NCBI RefSeq assembly: GCF_001677475.2
Contig: NZ_CP015229.1
Reading direction: 5' to 3' (one strand)
Source: Escherichia coli
GTDB lineage: Bacteria; Pseudomonadota; Gammaproteobacteria; Enterobacterales; Enterobacteriaceae
DNA: 64,000 nucleotides
The notes under the pieces were generated by a model, which searched no databases, had not been told where the DNA came from, and saw only the letters and a program-made list of their open reading frames with translations. The stretch's first letter is position 1; each line of letters starts with the position of its first letter. Positions 11,426 through 25,081 of the stretch are shown here, in pieces. The position numbers were made by a program, and so were the translations under genes.

Positions 11426-12175
11426 TTACTGCCCGCACACTTCACACCCCGGATTGCGCATCAGTTTCATTTCACGAAACTGGCAGGTCATCGCATCGTA
11501 CATGACGATTTTCCCGCTGGCTGGTTTGCCATAACCTGCCAGCAGTTTGATTGCTTCCATTGCCTGCAACGAACCAATTACGCCGATTAACGGTGCCATC
11601 ACGCCTGCTTCTACGCAGGTTAACGCGTTCTCGCCAAACAAACGGCTAAGGCAGCGATAGCACGGTTCGTCGTCCTGATAAGTGAAGACAGTGATTTGCC
11701 CTTCCATACGAATTGCCGCGCCGGAAACCAGCGGCACCTTCGCGGCAAAACAGCCTGCGTTCAGTTGATTACGTACCGCAACGTTATCCGTACAGTCGAG
11801 CACCAGATCGTGTTTTGCAATCATCGCAGCAAGTTCAGCGTCATCCAGCAGCGCATTGACTGGCGTAATCGCGATATGTGGGTTGATCCGCGTCAGGGCG
11901 TCACGGGCGGATTCCACCTTCGGTTGCCCGACCGTGGCATCACTGTGCAGCGTCTGGCGTTGCAGATTCGAGAGCGAAACCGAGTCGAAGTCGAGCAGCG
12001 TCAGGTTGCCGACACCGGCGCTTGCCAGATACTGCGAAGCTGCGCAGCCGAGTCCACCGAGGCCGACGATCAGCACACGAGAATCTTTTAGCGCCTCCTG
12101 ACCGTCAAAATCAAAACCGCGCAGAATGATTTGCCGGTTGTAGCGCAGCATCTCCTGATCGCTGAGTTCCGCCAT
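11426..12175 (-). CDS. moeB: Molybdopterin-synthase adenylyltransferase MoeB
   Basis: 249-aa ORF with ThiF/MoeB nucleotide-binding motif GLGGLG and C-terminal CxxC pairs. Confidence 0.9.
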   Translation of the reverse strand: MAELSDQEMLRYNRQIILRGFDFDGQEALKDSRVLIVGLGGLGCAASQYLASAGVGNLTLLDFDSVSLSNLQRQTLHSDATVGQPKVESARDALTRINPHIAITPVNALLDDAELAAMIAKHDLVLDCTDNVAVRNQLNAGCFAAKVPLVSGAAIRMEGQITVFTYQDDEPCYRCLSRLFGENALTCVEAGVMAPLIGVIGSLQAMEAIKLLAGYGKPASGKIVMYDAMTCQFREMKLMRNPGCEVCGQ

Positions 12176-13410
12176 TACCGGCCTCCGAACAACGCGTTAA
12201 ACGGTTCTACTTCCACCCATTCGCCCACTTCCACATTGCCGCGATCGCGTTCCAGCACGATAAAGCAGTTGCCGAGACTAAATGAGCTAAATATATGTGA
12301 ACCCTGATGTCCGGTGGTCGTCACTTCAAGTTCGCCGTCGGCGTTGCGTTGCAGCACGCCGCGCTGGAAATCAAGCCGACCTGGCGTTTTCTTCAGGCGG
12401 GACGCTGTGCGTACGCGCTGGCGCTCGGGCAGGCCGCTGGCGGTGTTGCCGCTTAGTTTTGCCAGCAAAGGCTGTACCAGTTGATAGAAGGTCAACGTCG
12501 CTGAAACCGGGTTGCCCGGCAGGCCGCAGAACCAACTATTAGAAAGTTTTCCGAACGCGAACGGTTTACCCGGTTTAATCGCCAGCTTCCAGAAGGCGAT
12601 CTCCCCCAGCTCTTCAAGAATGGTTTTGGTGTAATCCGCTTCACCCACTGAAACACCGCCGGAACTGATCACCACATCCGCCTGGCTGTCGGCTTCAATA
12701 AATGCGGCGCGCAGGTCATGGGGATCGTCGCGGATAATCCCTAAGTTGATTACCTCGCATCCCAACTGTTCTAACATCAGGTGTACGGCGAGACGGTTGG
12801 TATCGTAGATTTGGCCGTCGCCCAGCGGCTGACCGGGCAACTGGAGTTCATCACCGGTAGAAAAAAGCGCTACACGCACTTTACGAATCACCGGAACTTC
12901 GGCAATCCCCAGTGAAGCAATCACTGGCAGTTCAGCGGTAGTCAGGCGAGTCCCCGCCGGGAAAACAACCGCACCTGCAGAGATATCTTCACCGCGACGG
13001 CGAATATTTTGCCCGCTACGCACTTCAGCAGTAAAACGCACGCCATTGTCAGTTTGTTCAGTCTGCTCCTGCATCACCACCGCTTCGCAGCCTTCCGGCA
13101 CCGGCGCACCGGTCATAATACGAATGCAGGTACCCGCAGGCCATTCACCATGGTACGGCTGACCGGCAAAGGATTTACCGGCAACGGGCAGCGGTTGCCC
13201 GGAGGCAATATCGGCTAAACGCACCGCGTAGCCGTCCATAGCGGAGTTATCAAACCCCGGAACATCAAGCGGCGAAACGACATCGCTCGCCAGAATACGA
13301 CCAAAACACTGAACCAGTGGCAGCGTTTCCTGGGCGGTCAGTGGGGTAACGCGAGAAAGCATCTCATTAAGCGCGGTGTCGAGCGACATCAATCCGGTGG
13401 TAAATTCCAT
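12175..13410 (-). CDS. moeA: Molybdopterin molybdenumtransferase MoeA
   Basis: 411-aa ORF; sequence and moeA-moeB operon arrangement with a 1-nt overlap. Confidence 0.9.
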   Translation of the reverse strand: MEFTTGLMSLDTALNEMLSRVTPLTAQETLPLVQCFGRILASDVVSPLDVPGFDNSAMDGYAVRLADIASGQPLPVAGKSFAGQPYHGEWPAGTCIRIMTGAPVPEGCEAVVMQEQTEQTDNGVRFTAEVRSGQNIRRRGEDISAGAVVFPAGTRLTTAELPVIASLGIAEVPVIRKVRVALFSTGDELQLPGQPLGDGQIYDTNRLAVHLMLEQLGCEVINLGIIRDDPHDLRAAFIEADSQADVVISSGGVSVGEADYTKTILEELGEIAFWKLAIKPGKPFAFGKLSNSWFCGLPGNPVSATLTFYQLVQPLLAKLSGNTASGLPERQRVRTASRLKKTPGRLDFQRGVLQRNADGELEVTTTGHQGSHIFSSFSLGNCFIVLERDRGNVEVGEWVEVEPFNALFGGR

Positions 13411-13613
13411 GAAAACACTCCTGCGGAGGCAAAATCGAATTTGCCTATTATGTCAGAAAAACGCCACAGACTGTATGCCACCTCGGGCGTAGCGCTGGGT
13501 CCTGCCTTTACATGCCATATCCATCTTTCTATATTCAAAAATTGAATGAGTAATTCATAAAAATTCTGATATTTATAGCAAAAGTGGCGAGCCACCCTTA
13601 ATGGACGAATACT

Positions 13614-14579
13614 ATGGGCAAAGCAGTCATTGCAATTCATGGTGGCGCAGGTGCAATTAGCCGCGCGCAGATGAGTCTGCAACAGGAATTACGCTACATC
13701 GAGGCGTTGTCTGCCATTGTTGAAACCGGGCAGAAAATGCTGGAAGCGGGTGAAAGTGCGCTGGATGTGGTGACGGAAGCGGTGCGTCTGCTGGAAGAGT
13801 GTCCACTGTTTAACGCCGGAATTGGCGCTGTCTTTACGCGTGATGAAACCCATGAACTGGACGCCTGTGTGATGGATGGTAACACCCTGAAAGCCGGTGC
13901 GGTGGCGGGCGTTAGTCATCTGCGTAATCCGGTTCTTGCCGCCCGGCTGGTGATGGAGCAAAGCCCGCATGTGATGATGATTGGCGAAGGGGCAGAAAAT
14001 TTTGCGTTTGCTCATGGCATGGAGCGCGTCTCGCCGGAGATTTTCTCCACGCCTTTGCGTTATGAACAACTACTGGCAGCGCGCGAGGAAGGGGCAACAG
14101 TCCTCGACCATAGCGGTGCGCCACTGGATGAAAAACAGAAAATGGGCACCGTGGGGGCCGTGGCGTTGGATTTAGACGGTAATCTGGCGGCAGCCACGTC
14201 CACGGGCGGAATGACCAATAAATTACCCGGACGAGTTGGCGATAGCCCCTTAGTGGGTGCCGGATGCTACGCCAATAACGCCAGTGTGGCGGTTTCTTGT
14301 ACCGGCACGGGCGAAGTCTTCATCCGCGCGCTGGCGGCATATGACATCGCCGCGTTAATGGATTACGGCGGATTAAGTCTCGCGGAAGCCTGCGAGCGGG
14401 TAGTAATGGAAAAACTCCCTGCGCTTGGCGGTAGCGGTGGCTTAATCGCTATCGACCATGAAGGGAATGTCGCGCTACCGTTTAACACCGAAGGAATGTA
14501 TCGCGCCTGGGGCTACGCAGGTGATACGCCAACCACCGGTATCTACCGTGAAAAAGGGGACACCGTTGCCACACAGTGA
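13614..14579 (+). CDS. iaaA: Isoaspartyl dipeptidase / L-asparaginase family Ntn-hydrolase IaaA
   Basis: 321-aa ORF with the GTVGAVALD autoprocessing region; first gene of the iaaA-gsiABCD cluster. Confidence 0.88.
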   Translation: MGKAVIAIHGGAGAISRAQMSLQQELRYIEALSAIVETGQKMLEAGESALDVVTEAVRLLEECPLFNAGIGAVFTRDETHELDACVMDGNTLKAGAVAGVSHLRNPVLAARLVMEQSPHVMMIGEGAENFAFAHGMERVSPEIFSTPLRYEQLLAAREEGATVLDHSGAPLDEKQKMGTVGAVALDLDGNLAAATSTGGMTNKLPGRVGDSPLVGAGCYANNASVAVSCTGTGEVFIRALAAYDIAALMDYGGLSLAEACERVVMEKLPALGGSGGLIAIDHEGNVALPFNTEGMYRAWGYAGDTPTTGIYREKGDTVATQ

Positions 14580-16437
14580 TGAACTTGATGCCGGTGATGT
14601 GCTGGCGGTTGAAAATCTGAATATTGCCTTTATGCAGGACCAGCAGAAAATAGCTGCGGTCCGCAATCTCTCTTTTAGCCTGCAACGCGGTGAGACGCTG
14701 GCAATTGTTGGCGAATCCGGCTCCGGTAAGTCAGTGACTGCGCTGGCATTGATGCGTCTGTTGGAACAGGCGGGCGGTTTAGTACAGTGCGATAAAATGC
14801 TGTTGCGGCGGCGCAGTCGTGAAGTGATTGAACTTAGCGAGCAGAGCGCTGCACAAATGCGCCATGTGCGCGGTGCGGATATGGCGATGATATTTCAGGA
14901 GCCGATGACATCGCTGAACCCGGTATTTACTGTGGGTGAACAGATTGCCGAATCAATTCGTCTGCATCAGAACGCCAGTCGTGAAGAAGCGATGGTCGAG
15001 GCGAAGCGGATGCTGGATCAGGTACGCATTCCGGAGGCACAAACCATTCTTTCACGTTATCCGCATCAACTCTCTGGCGGGATGCGCCAGCGAGTGATGA
15101 TTGCGATGGCGCTGTCATGCCGCCCGGCGGTGCTGATTGCCGATGAGCCAACCACCGCGCTGGATGTCACTATTCAGGCACAGATCCTGCAATTAATCAA
15201 AGTATTGCAAAAAGAGATGTCGATGGGCGTTATCTTTATCACGCACGATATGGGCGTGGTGGCAGAGATTGCCGATCGGGTACTGGTGATGTATCAGGGC
15301 GAGGCGGTGGAAACGGGTACCGTCGAACAGATTTTTCATGCACCGCAACATCCTTACACCCGTGCGCTGTTAGCTGCTGTTCCGCAACTTGGTGCGATGA
15401 AAGGGTTAGATTATCCCCGACGTTTCCCGTTGATATCGCTTGAACATCCAGCGAAACAGGCCCCCCCCATCGAGCAGAAAACGGTGGTGGATGGCGAACC
15501 TGTTTTACGGGTGCGTAATCTGGTCACCCGTTTTCCTTTGCGCAGCGGTTTGTTGAATCGCGTAACGCGGGAAGTGCATGCCGTTGAGAAAGTCAGTTTT
15601 GATCTCTGGCCTGGCGAAACGCTATCGCTGGTGGGCGAGTCTGGCAGCGGTAAATCCACTACCGGGCGGGCGTTGCTGCGCCTGGTCGAATCGCAGGGCG
15701 GCGAAATTATCTTTAACGGTCAGCGAATCGATACCTTGTCACCCGGCAAACTTCAGGCATTGCGCCGCGATATTCAGTTTATTTTTCAGGACCCTTACGC
15801 TTCGCTGGACCCACGTCAGACCATCGGTGATTCGATTATCGAACCGCTGCGCGTACACGGTTTATTGCCAGGTAAAGAAGCGGCTGCCCGCGTTGCGTGG
15901 TTGCTGGAGCGCGTAGGCCTGTTACCGGAACATGCCTGGCGTTACCCTCATGAGTTTTCCGGCGGTCAGCGCCAGCGCATCTGCATTGCTCGCGCGTTGG
16001 CATTGAATCCAAAAGTGATCATTGCCGACGAAGCCGTTTCGGCGCTGGATGTTTCTATTCGCGGGCAGATTATCAACTTGTTGCTCGATCTCCAGCGTGA
16101 TTTCGGCATTGCGTATCTGTTTATCTCCCACGATATGGCCGTGGTAGAGCGGATTAGTCATCGTGTGGCGGTGATGTATCTCGGACAAATTGTTGAAATT
16201 GGTCCACGGCGCGCGGTCTTTGAAAATCCGCAGCATCCTTATACGCGTAAATTACTGGCGGCAGTTCCGGTCGCTGAACCGTCCCGACAACGACCGCAGC
16301 GTGTACTGCTGTCGGACGAGCTTCCCAGCAATATTCATCTGCGTGGCGAAGAGGTGGCAGCCGTCTCGTTGCAATGCGTCGGGCCGGGGCATTACGTCGC
16401 ACAACCACAATCAGAATACGCATTCATGCGTAGATAA
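14566..16437 (+). CDS. gsiA: Glutathione ABC transporter ATP-binding protein GsiA (two ABC cassettes)
   Basis: 623-aa product starting at TTG 14566 (PHSDELDAG...); two Walker A motifs (GESGSGKS twice); overlaps the iaaA 3' end by 14 nt. Confidence 0.82.
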   Translation: MPHSDELDAGDVLAVENLNIAFMQDQQKIAAVRNLSFSLQRGETLAIVGESGSGKSVTALALMRLLEQAGGLVQCDKMLLRRRSREVIELSEQSAAQMRHVRGADMAMIFQEPMTSLNPVFTVGEQIAESIRLHQNASREEAMVEAKRMLDQVRIPEAQTILSRYPHQLSGGMRQRVMIAMALSCRPAVLIADEPTTALDVTIQAQILQLIKVLQKEMSMGVIFITHDMGVVAEIADRVLVMYQGEAVETGTVEQIFHAPQHPYTRALLAAVPQLGAMKGLDYPRRFPLISLEHPAKQAPPIEQKTVVDGEPVLRVRNLVTRFPLRSGLLNRVTREVHAVEKVSFDLWPGETLSLVGESGSGKSTTGRALLRLVESQGGEIIFNGQRIDTLSPGKLQALRRDIQFIFQDPYASLDPRQTIGDSIIEPLRVHGLLPGKEAAARVAWLLERVGLLPEHAWRYPHEFSGGQRQRICIARALALNPKVIIADEAVSALDVSIRGQIINLLLDLQRDFGIAYLFISHDMAVVERISHRVAVMYLGQIVEIGPRRAVFENPQHPYTRKLLAAVPVAEPSRQRPQRVLLSDELPSNIHLRGEEVAAVSLQCVGPGHYVAQPQSEYAFMRR

Positions 16438-16456
16438 CATTCAGGCGGAGAATAAA

Positions 16457-17995
16457 ATGGCAAGAGCTGTACACCGTAGTGGGTTAGTGGCGCTGGGCAT
16501 TGCGACAGCGTTGATGGCATCTTGTGCATTCGCTGCCAAAGATGTGGTGGTGGCGGTAGGATCGAACTTCACCACGCTCGATCCGTATGACGCAAATGAC
16601 ACGTTATCTCAGGCCATAGCGAAATCGTTTTACCAGGGGCTGTTTGGTCTGGATAAAGAGATGAAACTGAAAAACGTGCTGGCGGAGAGTTATTCCGTTT
16701 CCGATGACGGCCTTACATACATCGTGAAGTTGCGGGAAGGAATTAAATTCCAGGATGGCACCGACTTCAACGCAGCGGCGGTAAAAGCGAATCTGGACCG
16801 GGCCAGCGATCCGGCGAATCATCTTAAACGCTACAACCTGTATAAGAATATTGCCAAAACGGAAGCGATCGATCCAACAACGGTAAAGATTACCCTCAAA
16901 CAGCCGTTCTCAGCGTTTATTAATATTCTTGCCCATCCGGCGACCGCGATGATTTCGCCGGCAGCGCTGGAAAAATATGGCAAGGAGATTGGTTTTCATC
17001 CGGTGGGAACCGGGCCGTATGAACTGGATACCTGGAATCAGACCGATTTTGTGAAGGTGAAAAAATTCGCGGGTTACTGGCAGCCAGGATTGCCCAAACT
17101 GGACAGCATAACCTGGCGTCCGGTGGCGGATAACAACACCCGCGCGGCAATGCTGCAAACCGGTGAAGCGCAGTTTGCTTTCCCCATTCCCTACGAGCAG
17201 GCCGCACTGCTGGAGAAAAACAAAAATATCGAGTTGATGGCCAGTCCGTCAATTATGCAGCGTTATATCAGTATGAACGTGACGCAAAAGCCATTCGATA
17301 ACCCGAAGGTCCGTGAGGCGCTGAATTATGCCATTAACCGCCCGGCGCTGGTGAAAGTGGCCTTTGCGGGCTATGCAACGCCAGCTACTGGTGTGGTACC
17401 GCCGAGTATCGCCTACGCGCAAAGTTATAAACCATGGCCTTACGATCCAGTGAAAGCGCGCGAATTACTGAAAGAGGCGGGATATCCCAACGGTTTCAGT
17501 ACCACGCTGTGGTCGTCACATAACCACAGCACCGCGCAGAAAGTGCTGCAATTTACCCAGCAGCAGTTAGCGCAGGTCGGGATTAAAGCCCAGGTGACTG
17601 CGATGGATGCCGGACAGCGGGCGGCAGAAGTTGAAGGTAAAGGGCAAAAAGAGAGCGGCGTGCGGATGTTCTACACTGGCTGGTCGGCTTCAACCGGCGA
17701 AGCTGACTGGGCACTATCGCCACTGTTCGCCTCGCAAAACTGGCCACCGACGCTGTTTAATACCGCGTTTTACAGCAATAAACAGGTGGATGACTTCCTG
17801 GCTCAGGCACTGAAAACTAATGATCCGGCGGAAAAGACCCGCTTGTATAAGGCGGCGCAGGATATCATCTGGCAAGAGTCGCCGTGGATCCCGCTGGTGG
17901 TAGAAAAACTGGTGTCGGCACACAGTAAAAACCTGACCGGTTTTTGGATCATGCCAGACACCGGCTTCAGCTTTGAAGACGCGGATTTGCAATAA
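16457..17995 (+). CDS. gsiB: Glutathione ABC transporter periplasmic binding protein GsiB
   Basis: 512-aa product from ATG 16457 with signal peptide [26 protein letters not shown]; family-5 solute-binding protein. Confidence 0.88.
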   Translation: MARAVHRSGLVALGIATALMASCAFAAKDVVVAVGSNFTTLDPYDANDTLSQAIAKSFYQGLFGLDKEMKLKNVLAESYSVSDDGLTYIVKLREGIKFQDGTDFNAAAVKANLDRASDPANHLKRYNLYKNIAKTEAIDPTTVKITLKQPFSAFINILAHPATAMISPAALEKYGKEIGFHPVGTGPYELDTWNQTDFVKVKKFAGYWQPGLPKLDSITWRPVADNNTRAAMLQTGEAQFAFPIPYEQAALLEKNKNIELMASPSIMQRYISMNVTQKPFDNPKVREALNYAINRPALVKVAFAGYATPATGVVPPSIAYAQSYKPWPYDPVKARELLKEAGYPNGFSTTLWSSHNHSTAQKVLQFTQQQLAQVGIKAQVTAMDAGQRAAEVEGKGQKESGVRMFYTGWSASTGEADWALSPLFASQNWPPTLFNTAFYSNKQVDDFLAQALKTNDPAEKTRLYKAAQDIIWQESPWIPLVVEKLVSAHSKNLTGFWIMPDTGFSFEDADLQ

Positions 17996-18012
17996 GCAAC
18001 GCAGGGAGTGGA

Positions 18013-18933
18013 ATGCTTAATTACGTTATCAAACGCTTGCTGGGGTTGATTCCGACGCTGTTTATCGTCTCGGTGCTGGTGTTTTTATTTGTCCATATGC
18101 TGCCCGGCGATCCGGCGCGATTGATTGCCGGGCCCGAAGCTGATGCGCAGGTTATAGAACTGGTGCGTCAGCAGCTGGGGTTGGATCAGCCGCTGTATCA
18201 CCAGTTCTGGCACTATATCAGCAATGCTGTGCAGGGGGATTTTGGCCTGTCGATGGTGTCGCGTCGTCCGGTTGGCGATGAGATTGCCAGCCGCTTTATG
18301 CCAACGCTGTGGCTGACCATAACCAGTATGGTCTGGGCGGTGATATTTGGTATGGCGGCGGGAATTATCGCCGCCGTCTGGCGTAATCGTTGGCCGGATC
18401 GATTGAGTATGACCATTGCGGTGTCGGGGATCTCGTTTCCGGCATTTGCTCTGGGGATGCTTTTAATTCAGGTATTCTCCGTTGAACTGGGCTGGCTGCC
18501 TACCGTGGGAGCAGACAGTTGGCAGCACTACATTTTACCCTCCCTGACGCTCGGCGCGGCAGTGGCAGCCGTGATGGCGCGCTTTACCCGCGCGTCGTTT
18601 GTCGACGTTTTAAGCGAAGATTATATGCGTACCGCGAGGGCGAAAGGGGTGAGCGAAACCTGGGTTGTCCTCAAACACGGGCTACGCAACGCGATGATCC
18701 CGGTAGTGACCATGATGGGCTTACAGTTTGGCTTTTTGCTCGGTGGTTCCATCGTGGTGGAGAAAGTTTTCAACTGGCCCGGACTTGGACGCTTACTCGT
18801 TGACTCCGTAGAAATGCGCGATTACCCGGTGATTCAGGCGGAAATTCTGCTTTTCTCGCTGGAATTTATTCTTATCAACTTAGTGGTGGATGTGCTTTAC
18901 GCTGCCATTAACCCGGCTATCAGGTACAAGTAA
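18013..18933 (+). CDS. gsiC: Glutathione ABC transporter permease GsiC
   Basis: 306-aa hydrophobic ORF, DppB/OppB-like permease; synteny. Confidence 0.88.
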   Translation: MLNYVIKRLLGLIPTLFIVSVLVFLFVHMLPGDPARLIAGPEADAQVIELVRQQLGLDQPLYHQFWHYISNAVQGDFGLSMVSRRPVGDEIASRFMPTLWLTITSMVWAVIFGMAAGIIAAVWRNRWPDRLSMTIAVSGISFPAFALGMLLIQVFSVELGWLPTVGADSWQHYILPSLTLGAAVAAVMARFTRASFVDVLSEDYMRTARAKGVSETWVVLKHGLRNAMIPVVTMMGLQFGFLLGGSIVVEKVFNWPGLGRLLVDSVEMRDYPVIQAEILLFSLEFILINLVVDVLYAAINPAIRYK

Positions 18934-18935
18934 GG

Positions 18936-19847
18936 ATGCGACTATTTAACTGGCGACGTCAGGCGGTGTTAAACGCCATGCCACTGGTCAAACCTGACCA
19001 GGTACGTACACCGTGGCATGAATTCTGGCGACGATTTCGCCGTCAGCATATGGCGATGACCGCCGCATTATTCGTTATTTTATTGATTGTGGTGGCCATT
19101 TTTGCACGCTGGATCGCTCCCTATAACGCCGAAAATTATTTTGATTATGACAATCTGAATAACGGACCTTCTTTGCAGCACTGGTTTGGCGTCGATTCAC
19201 TGGGGCGCGACATTTTCAGCCGTGTCCTGGTTGGTGCGCAAATCTCGCTGGCGGCGGGCGTGTTTGCCGTGTTTATCGGTGCGGCGATAGGGACGTTGCT
19301 GGGCTTGCTGGCTGGATATTATGAAGGCTGGTGGGATCGGCTGATCATGCGCATTTGTGATGTGCTGTTTGCCTTCCCGGGTATTTTACTGGCGATCGCT
19401 GTTGTTGCGGTGTTGGGAAGCGGCATTGCTAACGTGATTATTGCAGTTGCCATTTTTTCCATCCCCGCGTTTGCCCGCCTGGTGCGCGGCAACACGCTGG
19501 TGTTGAAACAGCAAACCTTTATTGAGTCAGCACGCAGTATTGGTGCCAGCGATATGACCATTTTGTTGCGTCATATCCTGCCTGGGACCGTCTCTTCTAT
19601 CGTGGTGTTTTTCACCATGCGCATCGGTACCTCGATTATCTCTGCCGCCAGCCTGTCATTTCTCGGCCTCGGTGCGCAGCCGCCGACACCAGAGTGGGGA
19701 GCAATGCTCAATGAGGCACGAGCGGATATGGTTATCGCGCCGCATGTCGCTGTTTTTCCGGCCCTGGCTATTTTTCTGACCGTACTGGCGTTCAATTTGT
19801 TGGGCGATGGTTTACGCGATGCGCTGGATCCGAAAATTAAAGGATAG
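18936..19847 (+). CDS. gsiD: Glutathione ABC transporter permease GsiD
   Basis: 303-aa hydrophobic ORF, DppC/OppC-like permease; synteny. Confidence 0.88.
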   Translation: MRLFNWRRQAVLNAMPLVKPDQVRTPWHEFWRRFRRQHMAMTAALFVILLIVVAIFARWIAPYNAENYFDYDNLNNGPSLQHWFGVDSLGRDIFSRVLVGAQISLAAGVFAVFIGAAIGTLLGLLAGYYEGWWDRLIMRICDVLFAFPGILLAIAVVAVLGSGIANVIIAVAIFSIPAFARLVRGNTLVLKQQTFIESARSIGASDMTILLRHILPGTVSSIVVFFTMRIGTSIISAASLSFLGLGAQPPTPEWGAMLNEARADMVIAPHVAVFPALAIFLTVLAFNLLGDGLRDALDPKIKG

Positions 19848-20024
19848 TTACATTTGAATATTGCTTGAAAGAGTAATCACCTCACAGGAAATTATTGCCC
19901 TAAGCAAGTGTTGTAACTTTCTGCTGATTTTGTAGAATCGGGTAATTTGGTTAAAAAGCCGCAGCAAGGGACTGTTTTTGCAGCGGCACAGCGTTCAGAC
20001 AGTTATTTTGTTAAATGTATTAAC

Positions 20025-22373
20025 ATGCTGAGTTTATACGAAAAGATAAAGATAAGGCTGATAATTTTATTTTTATTGGCAGCACTGTCATTTATTGGCC
20101 TTTTTTTCATCATTAACTATCAACTGGTATCGGAACGCGCGGTAAAACGTGCCGATAGCCGCTTTGAACTTATTCAGAAAAACGTTGGCTATTTCTTTAA
20201 AGATATTGAACGTTCGGCCCTGACATTAAAGGACTCACTGTATTTATTAAAAAATACAGATGAGATTCAACGCGCCGTGATCCTGAAAATGGAAATGATG
20301 CCATTTTTAGACTCGGTGGGACTGGTACTTGATGATAATAAATATTATCTCTTTTCGCGGAGGGCGAATGATAAAATCGTTGTTTATCATCAGGAACAAG
20401 TAAATGGACCGCTTGTCGACGAGTCAGGACGGGTTATTTTTGCCGATTTTAATCCATCGAAACGACCGTGGTCGGTGGCTTCAGATAACTCTAACAACAG
20501 CTGGAATCCGGCATACAATTGCTTTGATCGTCCGGGTAAAAAATGTATCTCTTTTACGCTACACATCAACGGCAAAGATCACGATTTGTTAGCGGTGGAT
20601 AAAATTCATGTCGATTTAAACTGGCGATATCTGAACGAGTATCTTGATCAAATCAGCGCTAATGATGAAGTTCTATTTTTGAAACAAGGCCATGAGATCA
20701 TTGCCAAGAATCAACTCGCTCGTGAAAAACTGATTATTTATAATAGCGAAGGTAATTATAATATTATTGATTCTGTCGATACTGAATATATCGAAAAAAC
20801 ATCAGCGGTGCCAAACAACGCATTATTCGAAATCTATTTTTATTATCCTGGCGGTAATTTATTGAACGCATCAGATAAACTTTTTTATCTGCCGTTTGCG
20901 TTCATTATTATCGTATTGCTGGTGGTTTATTTAATGACCACTCGTGTGTTCCGTCGGCAATTTTCTGAAATGACAGAGCTGGTTAATACGCTGGCGTTTT
21001 TGCCTGACTCAACGGATCAGATCGAGGCTCTGAAAATTCGCGAAGGCGATGCGAAAGAGATTATCAGCATCAAAAATTCGATCGCGGAAATGAAAGATGC
21101 CGAAATTGAACGGGCAAATAAATTGCTCTCGCTGATCTCTTACGATCAGGAAAGCGGTTTTATTAAAAATATGGCGATTATTGAGTCCAACAATAATCAG
21201 TATCTGGCTGTGGGGATCATCAAACTATGTGGTCTGGAAGCCGTGGAAGCGGTGTTTGGTGTTGATGAACGCAATAAAATCGTCAGGAAATTGTGTCAGC
21301 GAATTGCCGAGAAATATGCGCAATGCTGCGATATCGTGACATTTAATGCCGATCTCTATTTACTTCTGTGCCGGGAAAATGTACAGACATTTACCCGTAA
21401 AATAGCGATGGTAAACGATTTTGACAGCAGCTTTGGCTACCGCAATCTGCGCATCCATAAGTCTGCTATTTGTGAACCTTTGCAGGGAGAAAACGCCTGG
21501 AGTTACGCAGAAAAACTGAAACTGGCGATTTCCAGTATCCGTGACCATATGTTCTCAGAGTTTATTTTCTGTGATGACGCGAAACTCAACGAAATAGAAG
21601 AGAATATCTGGATTGCGCGTAATATTCGCCATGCAATGGAAATTGGCGAACTATTCCTGGTCTATCAACCGATCGTTGATATTAACACCCGCGCTATTCT
21701 GGGCGCGGAGGCGTTGTGCCGTTGGGTGTCTGCGGAGCGGGGGATCATTTCACCGCTGAAGTTCATTACCATTGCTGAAGATATCGGGTTTATCAATGAG
21801 CTGGGTTATCAGATTATTAAAACGGCAATGGGTGAATTCAGACATTTTAGTCAGCGTGCGTCGCTGAAGGATGATTTCTTACTGCATATTAATGTTTCGC
21901 CCTGGCAGTTAAACGAACCACACTTTCATGAGCGTTTTACCACCATCATGAAAGAAAATGGCCTGAAGGCAAACAGCCTCTGTGTTGAGATCACTGAAAC
22001 CGTGATCGAACGAATTAATGAACATTTTTATCTCAATATTGAACAACTGCGTAAACAAGGGGTACGGATATCGATTGATGACTTTGGCACCGGTTTGTCA
22101 AACCTGAAACGTTTTTATGAAATTAATCCAGACAGCATAAAGCTGGACTCGCAATTTACCGGCGATATTTTCGGTACTGCGGGAAAAATTGTGCGCATTA
22201 TTTTCGAGCTGGCACGCTATAACCGGATCCCGGTGATTGCGGAAGGCGTAGAGAGCGAAGACGTTGCGCGCGAATTAATCAAATTAGGATGTGTTCAGGC
22301 TCAGGGGTATCTGTACCAGAAACCCATGCCATTCTCCGCCTGGGATAAAAGTGGAAAATTAGTAAAAGAGTAG
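20025..22373 (+). CDS. pdeI: Putative c-di-GMP phosphodiesterase PdeI (YliE); membrane-anchored EAL-domain protein
   Basis: 782-aa product from ATG 20025; N-terminal TM helix, C-terminal EAL region (EALCRW, DDFGTG); AT-rich. Confidence 0.82.
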   Translation: MLSLYEKIKIRLIILFLLAALSFIGLFFIINYQLVSERAVKRADSRFELIQKNVGYFFKDIERSALTLKDSLYLLKNTDEIQRAVILKMEMMPFLDSVGLVLDDNKYYLFSRRANDKIVVYHQEQVNGPLVDESGRVIFADFNPSKRPWSVASDNSNNSWNPAYNCFDRPGKKCISFTLHINGKDHDLLAVDKIHVDLNWRYLNEYLDQISANDEVLFLKQGHEIIAKNQLAREKLIIYNSEGNYNIIDSVDTEYIEKTSAVPNNALFEIYFYYPGGNLLNASDKLFYLPFAFIIIVLLVVYLMTTRVFRRQFSEMTELVNTLAFLPDSTDQIEALKIREGDAKEIISIKNSIAEMKDAEIERANKLLSLISYDQESGFIKNMAIIESNNNQYLAVGIIKLCGLEAVEAVFGVDERNKIVRKLCQRIAEKYAQCCDIVTFNADLYLLLCRENVQTFTRKIAMVNDFDSSFGYRNLRIHKSAICEPLQGENAWSYAEKLKLAISSIRDHMFSEFIFCDDAKLNEIEENIWIARNIRHAMEIGELFLVYQPIVDINTRAILGAEALCRWVSAERGIISPLKFITIAEDIGFINELGYQIIKTAMGEFRHFSQRASLKDDFLLHINVSPWQLNEPHFHERFTTIMKENGLKANSLCVEITETVIERINEHFYLNIEQLRKQGVRISIDDFGTGLSNLKRFYEINPDSIKLDSQFTGDIFGTAGKIVRIIFELARYNRIPVIAEGVESEDVARELIKLGCVQAQGYLYQKPMPFSAWDKSGKLVKE

Positions 22374-22380
22374 TTTACGT

Positions 22381-23709
22381 ATGTCCAGAATCAATAAGTT
22401 CGTACTTACAGTCAGTCTGCTGATTTTTATCATGATTTCAGCAGTTGCCTGCGGGATCTACACTCAAATGGTAAAGGAACGGGTGTATGGCCTGAAACAG
22501 TCCGTTATTGATACTGCTTTTGCGGTGGCAAATATTGCTGAATATCGGCGTAGCGTGGCAATTGATCTTATCAACACGCTAAATCCCACGGAGGAACAGC
22601 TGTTGGTTGGCTTGCGCACAGCTTACGCCGACTCGGTTTCACCCTCTTATTTGTACGATGTCGGTCCTTATCTGATTTCCAGTGACGAATGTATTCAGGT
22701 AAAGGAGTTCGAGAAAAATTATTGTGCAGATATTATGCAGGTTGTGAAGTATCGACATGTCAAAAATACAGGGTTTATCTCTTTTGACGGTAAAACCTTC
22801 GCCTATTACCTCTATCCGGTAACTCACAATCGCAGTCTGATATTTTTGCTTGGTCTGGAGCGTTTTTCTTTACTGTCAAAATCGCTGGCGATGGACAGCG
22901 AGAACCTGATGTTCTCTCTGTTTAAGAACGGTAAACCGGTGACCGGTGATGAATATAATGCTAAAAACGCCATCTTCACCGTTTCGGAAGCGATGGAGCA
23001 CTTCGCCTATTTGCCGACCGGATTGTACGTATTTGCGTATAAAAAAGATGTTTATTTGCGGGTTTGTACATTGATTATTTTCTTTGCCGCATTGGTGGCA
23101 GTGATATCGGGTGCCAGTTGCCTCTATCTGGTACGCAGAGTGATTAATCGTGGTATTGTGGAGAAAGAATCCATTATTAATAACCATTTTGAACGCGTAC
23201 TGGATGGCGGGCTTTTCTTTTCGGCTGCCGATGTCAAAAAACTCTACAGTATGTATAACTCGGCGTTCCTGGACGACCTGACCAAAGCAATGGGCAGAAA
23301 ATCCTTTGACGAAGATTTAAAAGCGCTGCCGGAAAATGGCGGTTATTTGTGCCTGTTTGACGTCGATAAATTCAAAAACATTAACGACACCTTCGGTCAT
23401 TTGCTGGGCGATGAAGTGTTGATGAAAGTGGTGAAAATCCTTAAATCACAGATCCCGGTAGATAAAGGTAAAGTCTACCGCTTCGGAGGTGACGAATTTG
23501 CGGTGATTTATACTGGCGGCACGCTGGAAGAGTTGCTATCAATTCTAAAAGAAATCGTTCATTTCCAGGTGGGAAGCATTAATTTAAGCACCAGTATCGG
23601 TGTAGCGCATTCAAATGAATGTACTACCGTCGAACGCTTGAAAATGCTGGCGGATGAGCGGCTGTATAAGAGTAAGAAAAACGGCAGGGCACAGATTAGC
23701 TGGCAGTAA
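22381..23709 (+). CDS. dgcI: Putative diguanylate cyclase DgcI (YliF); GGDEF-domain membrane protein
   Basis: 442-aa ORF with degenerate GGDEF-type active-site motif RFGGDEF; N-terminal TM helix; downstream of pdeI. Confidence 0.82.
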   Translation: MSRINKFVLTVSLLIFIMISAVACGIYTQMVKERVYGLKQSVIDTAFAVANIAEYRRSVAIDLINTLNPTEEQLLVGLRTAYADSVSPSYLYDVGPYLISSDECIQVKEFEKNYCADIMQVVKYRHVKNTGFISFDGKTFAYYLYPVTHNRSLIFLLGLERFSLLSKSLAMDSENLMFSLFKNGKPVTGDEYNAKNAIFTVSEAMEHFAYLPTGLYVFAYKKDVYLRVCTLIIFFAALVAVISGASCLYLVRRVINRGIVEKESIINNHFERVLDGGLFFSAADVKKLYSMYNSAFLDDLTKAMGRKSFDEDLKALPENGGYLCLFDVDKFKNINDTFGHLLGDEVLMKVVKILKSQIPVDKGKVYRFGGDEFAVIYTGGTLEELLSILKEIVHFQVGSINLSTSIGVAHSNECTTVERLKMLADERLYKSKKNGRAQISWQ

Positions 23710-23755
23710 TCATTATTCGCAGGCCGGACAAATGATTTTGCCCGGCCTGAATTAA

Positions 23756-25081
23756 TTAAACCCGGCTACCCCACAAATCGTACTCATCGGCGTGCTCGAC
23801 TTTCACACGCAGGATATCACCCGGCTTAACGTTGGTTTCACCATTGAGATAAACCGCGCCGTCGATTTCCGGTGCATCTGCCATGCTGCGACCAATCGCG
23901 CCTTCTTCGTCCACTTCGTCGATAATCACCAGAATTTCACGGCCCACTTTCTCTTGCAGGCGCTCGGCGGAAATCTGCTGCTGCAACTGCATGAAACGGT
24001 TCCAGCGTTCTTCTTTCACTTCTTCCGGAACCTGGTCAGGCAGGGCATTGGCGTCTGCACCTTCAACCGGGCTGTATTTAAAGCAGCCAACGCGATCCAG
24101 ACGTGCTTCTTTCAGGAAGTCGAGTAGCATCTGGAAATCTTCTTCCGTCTCGCCAGGGAAGCCGACAATAAAGGTTGAGCGTAGGGTCAGTTCCGGGCAG
24201 ATTTCGCGCCACTGTTTGATGCGCGCCAGTTGGCGATCTACAGAACCCGGACGCTTCATCAGTTTGAGAATGCGCGGGCTGGCGTGCTGCAACGGAATGT
24301 CCAGATACGGCAGGATTTTGCCTTCTGCCATCAGTGGGATGACGTCGTCCACATGCGGATAAGGGTAAACGTAGTGCAGACGCGTCCAGATCCCCAGTTT
24401 CGATAACTGTTCGCACAGGCTGACCATGCTGGTTTTTACCGGCTCGCCGTTGTGGAAGCCAGTACGATGTTTAACATCGACGCCATAGGCGGAAGTATCC
24501 TGCGAGATCACCAGAATCTCTTTAACGCCCGCATCAACCAGACGTTTAGCTTCGCTTAACACTTCGCCAATCGGACGGCTCACCAGGTCGCCGCGCATAG
24601 ACGGAATAATGCAGAAGGTGCAGCGGTGATTACAGCCTTCAGAAATTTTCAGATAGGCATAATGACGCGGCGTCAGTTTCACACCTTGTTCTGGCACCAG
24701 GCTCAGGAATGGGTTGTGTTTCGGTTTTGGCACGTAGTGATGAACGTGCTCCAGAACCTGCTCATAGCTATGAGGCCCGGTGATTTCCAGCACTTTCGGG
24801 TGGACTTCGCGGATCTGATCTTCTTTTGCCCCCAGACAACCGGTCACAATTACCTTGCCGTTTTCATTCAACGCTTCACCAATGGCTTCCAGTGATTCTT
24901 GTACCGCGCTGTCAATAAAGCCGCAGGTGTTGACGATCACCATGTCCGCATCGTCATAGCTCGGTACCACGTCATAACCTTCAGTGCGTAGTTCGGTGAG
25001 AATACGCTCTGAATCGACAAGGTTTTTCGGACAGCCAAGGGAAACAAAGCCGATTTTCGGCTGGGGAGTTACTTTGCTCAT
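23756..25081 (-). CDS. rimO: Ribosomal protein S12 methylthiotransferase RimO (radical SAM, MiaB family)
   Basis: 441-aa ORF with radical-SAM motif CNHRCTFC and N-terminal MTTase Cys residues. Confidence 0.9.

Noticed and set aside
14458-14565. Upstream in-frame extensions offered by the ORF track (gsiA from 14458, gsiB from 16190, pdeI from 19947, potF from 40680, potG from 41956, artP to 50701, ybjS to 56186, ybjT to 57727)
   Set aside because: Extensions overlap upstream genes or terminators and lack protein features; internal starts reproduce the recalled protein lengths and N-termini with signal peptides or Shine-Dalgarno sites.
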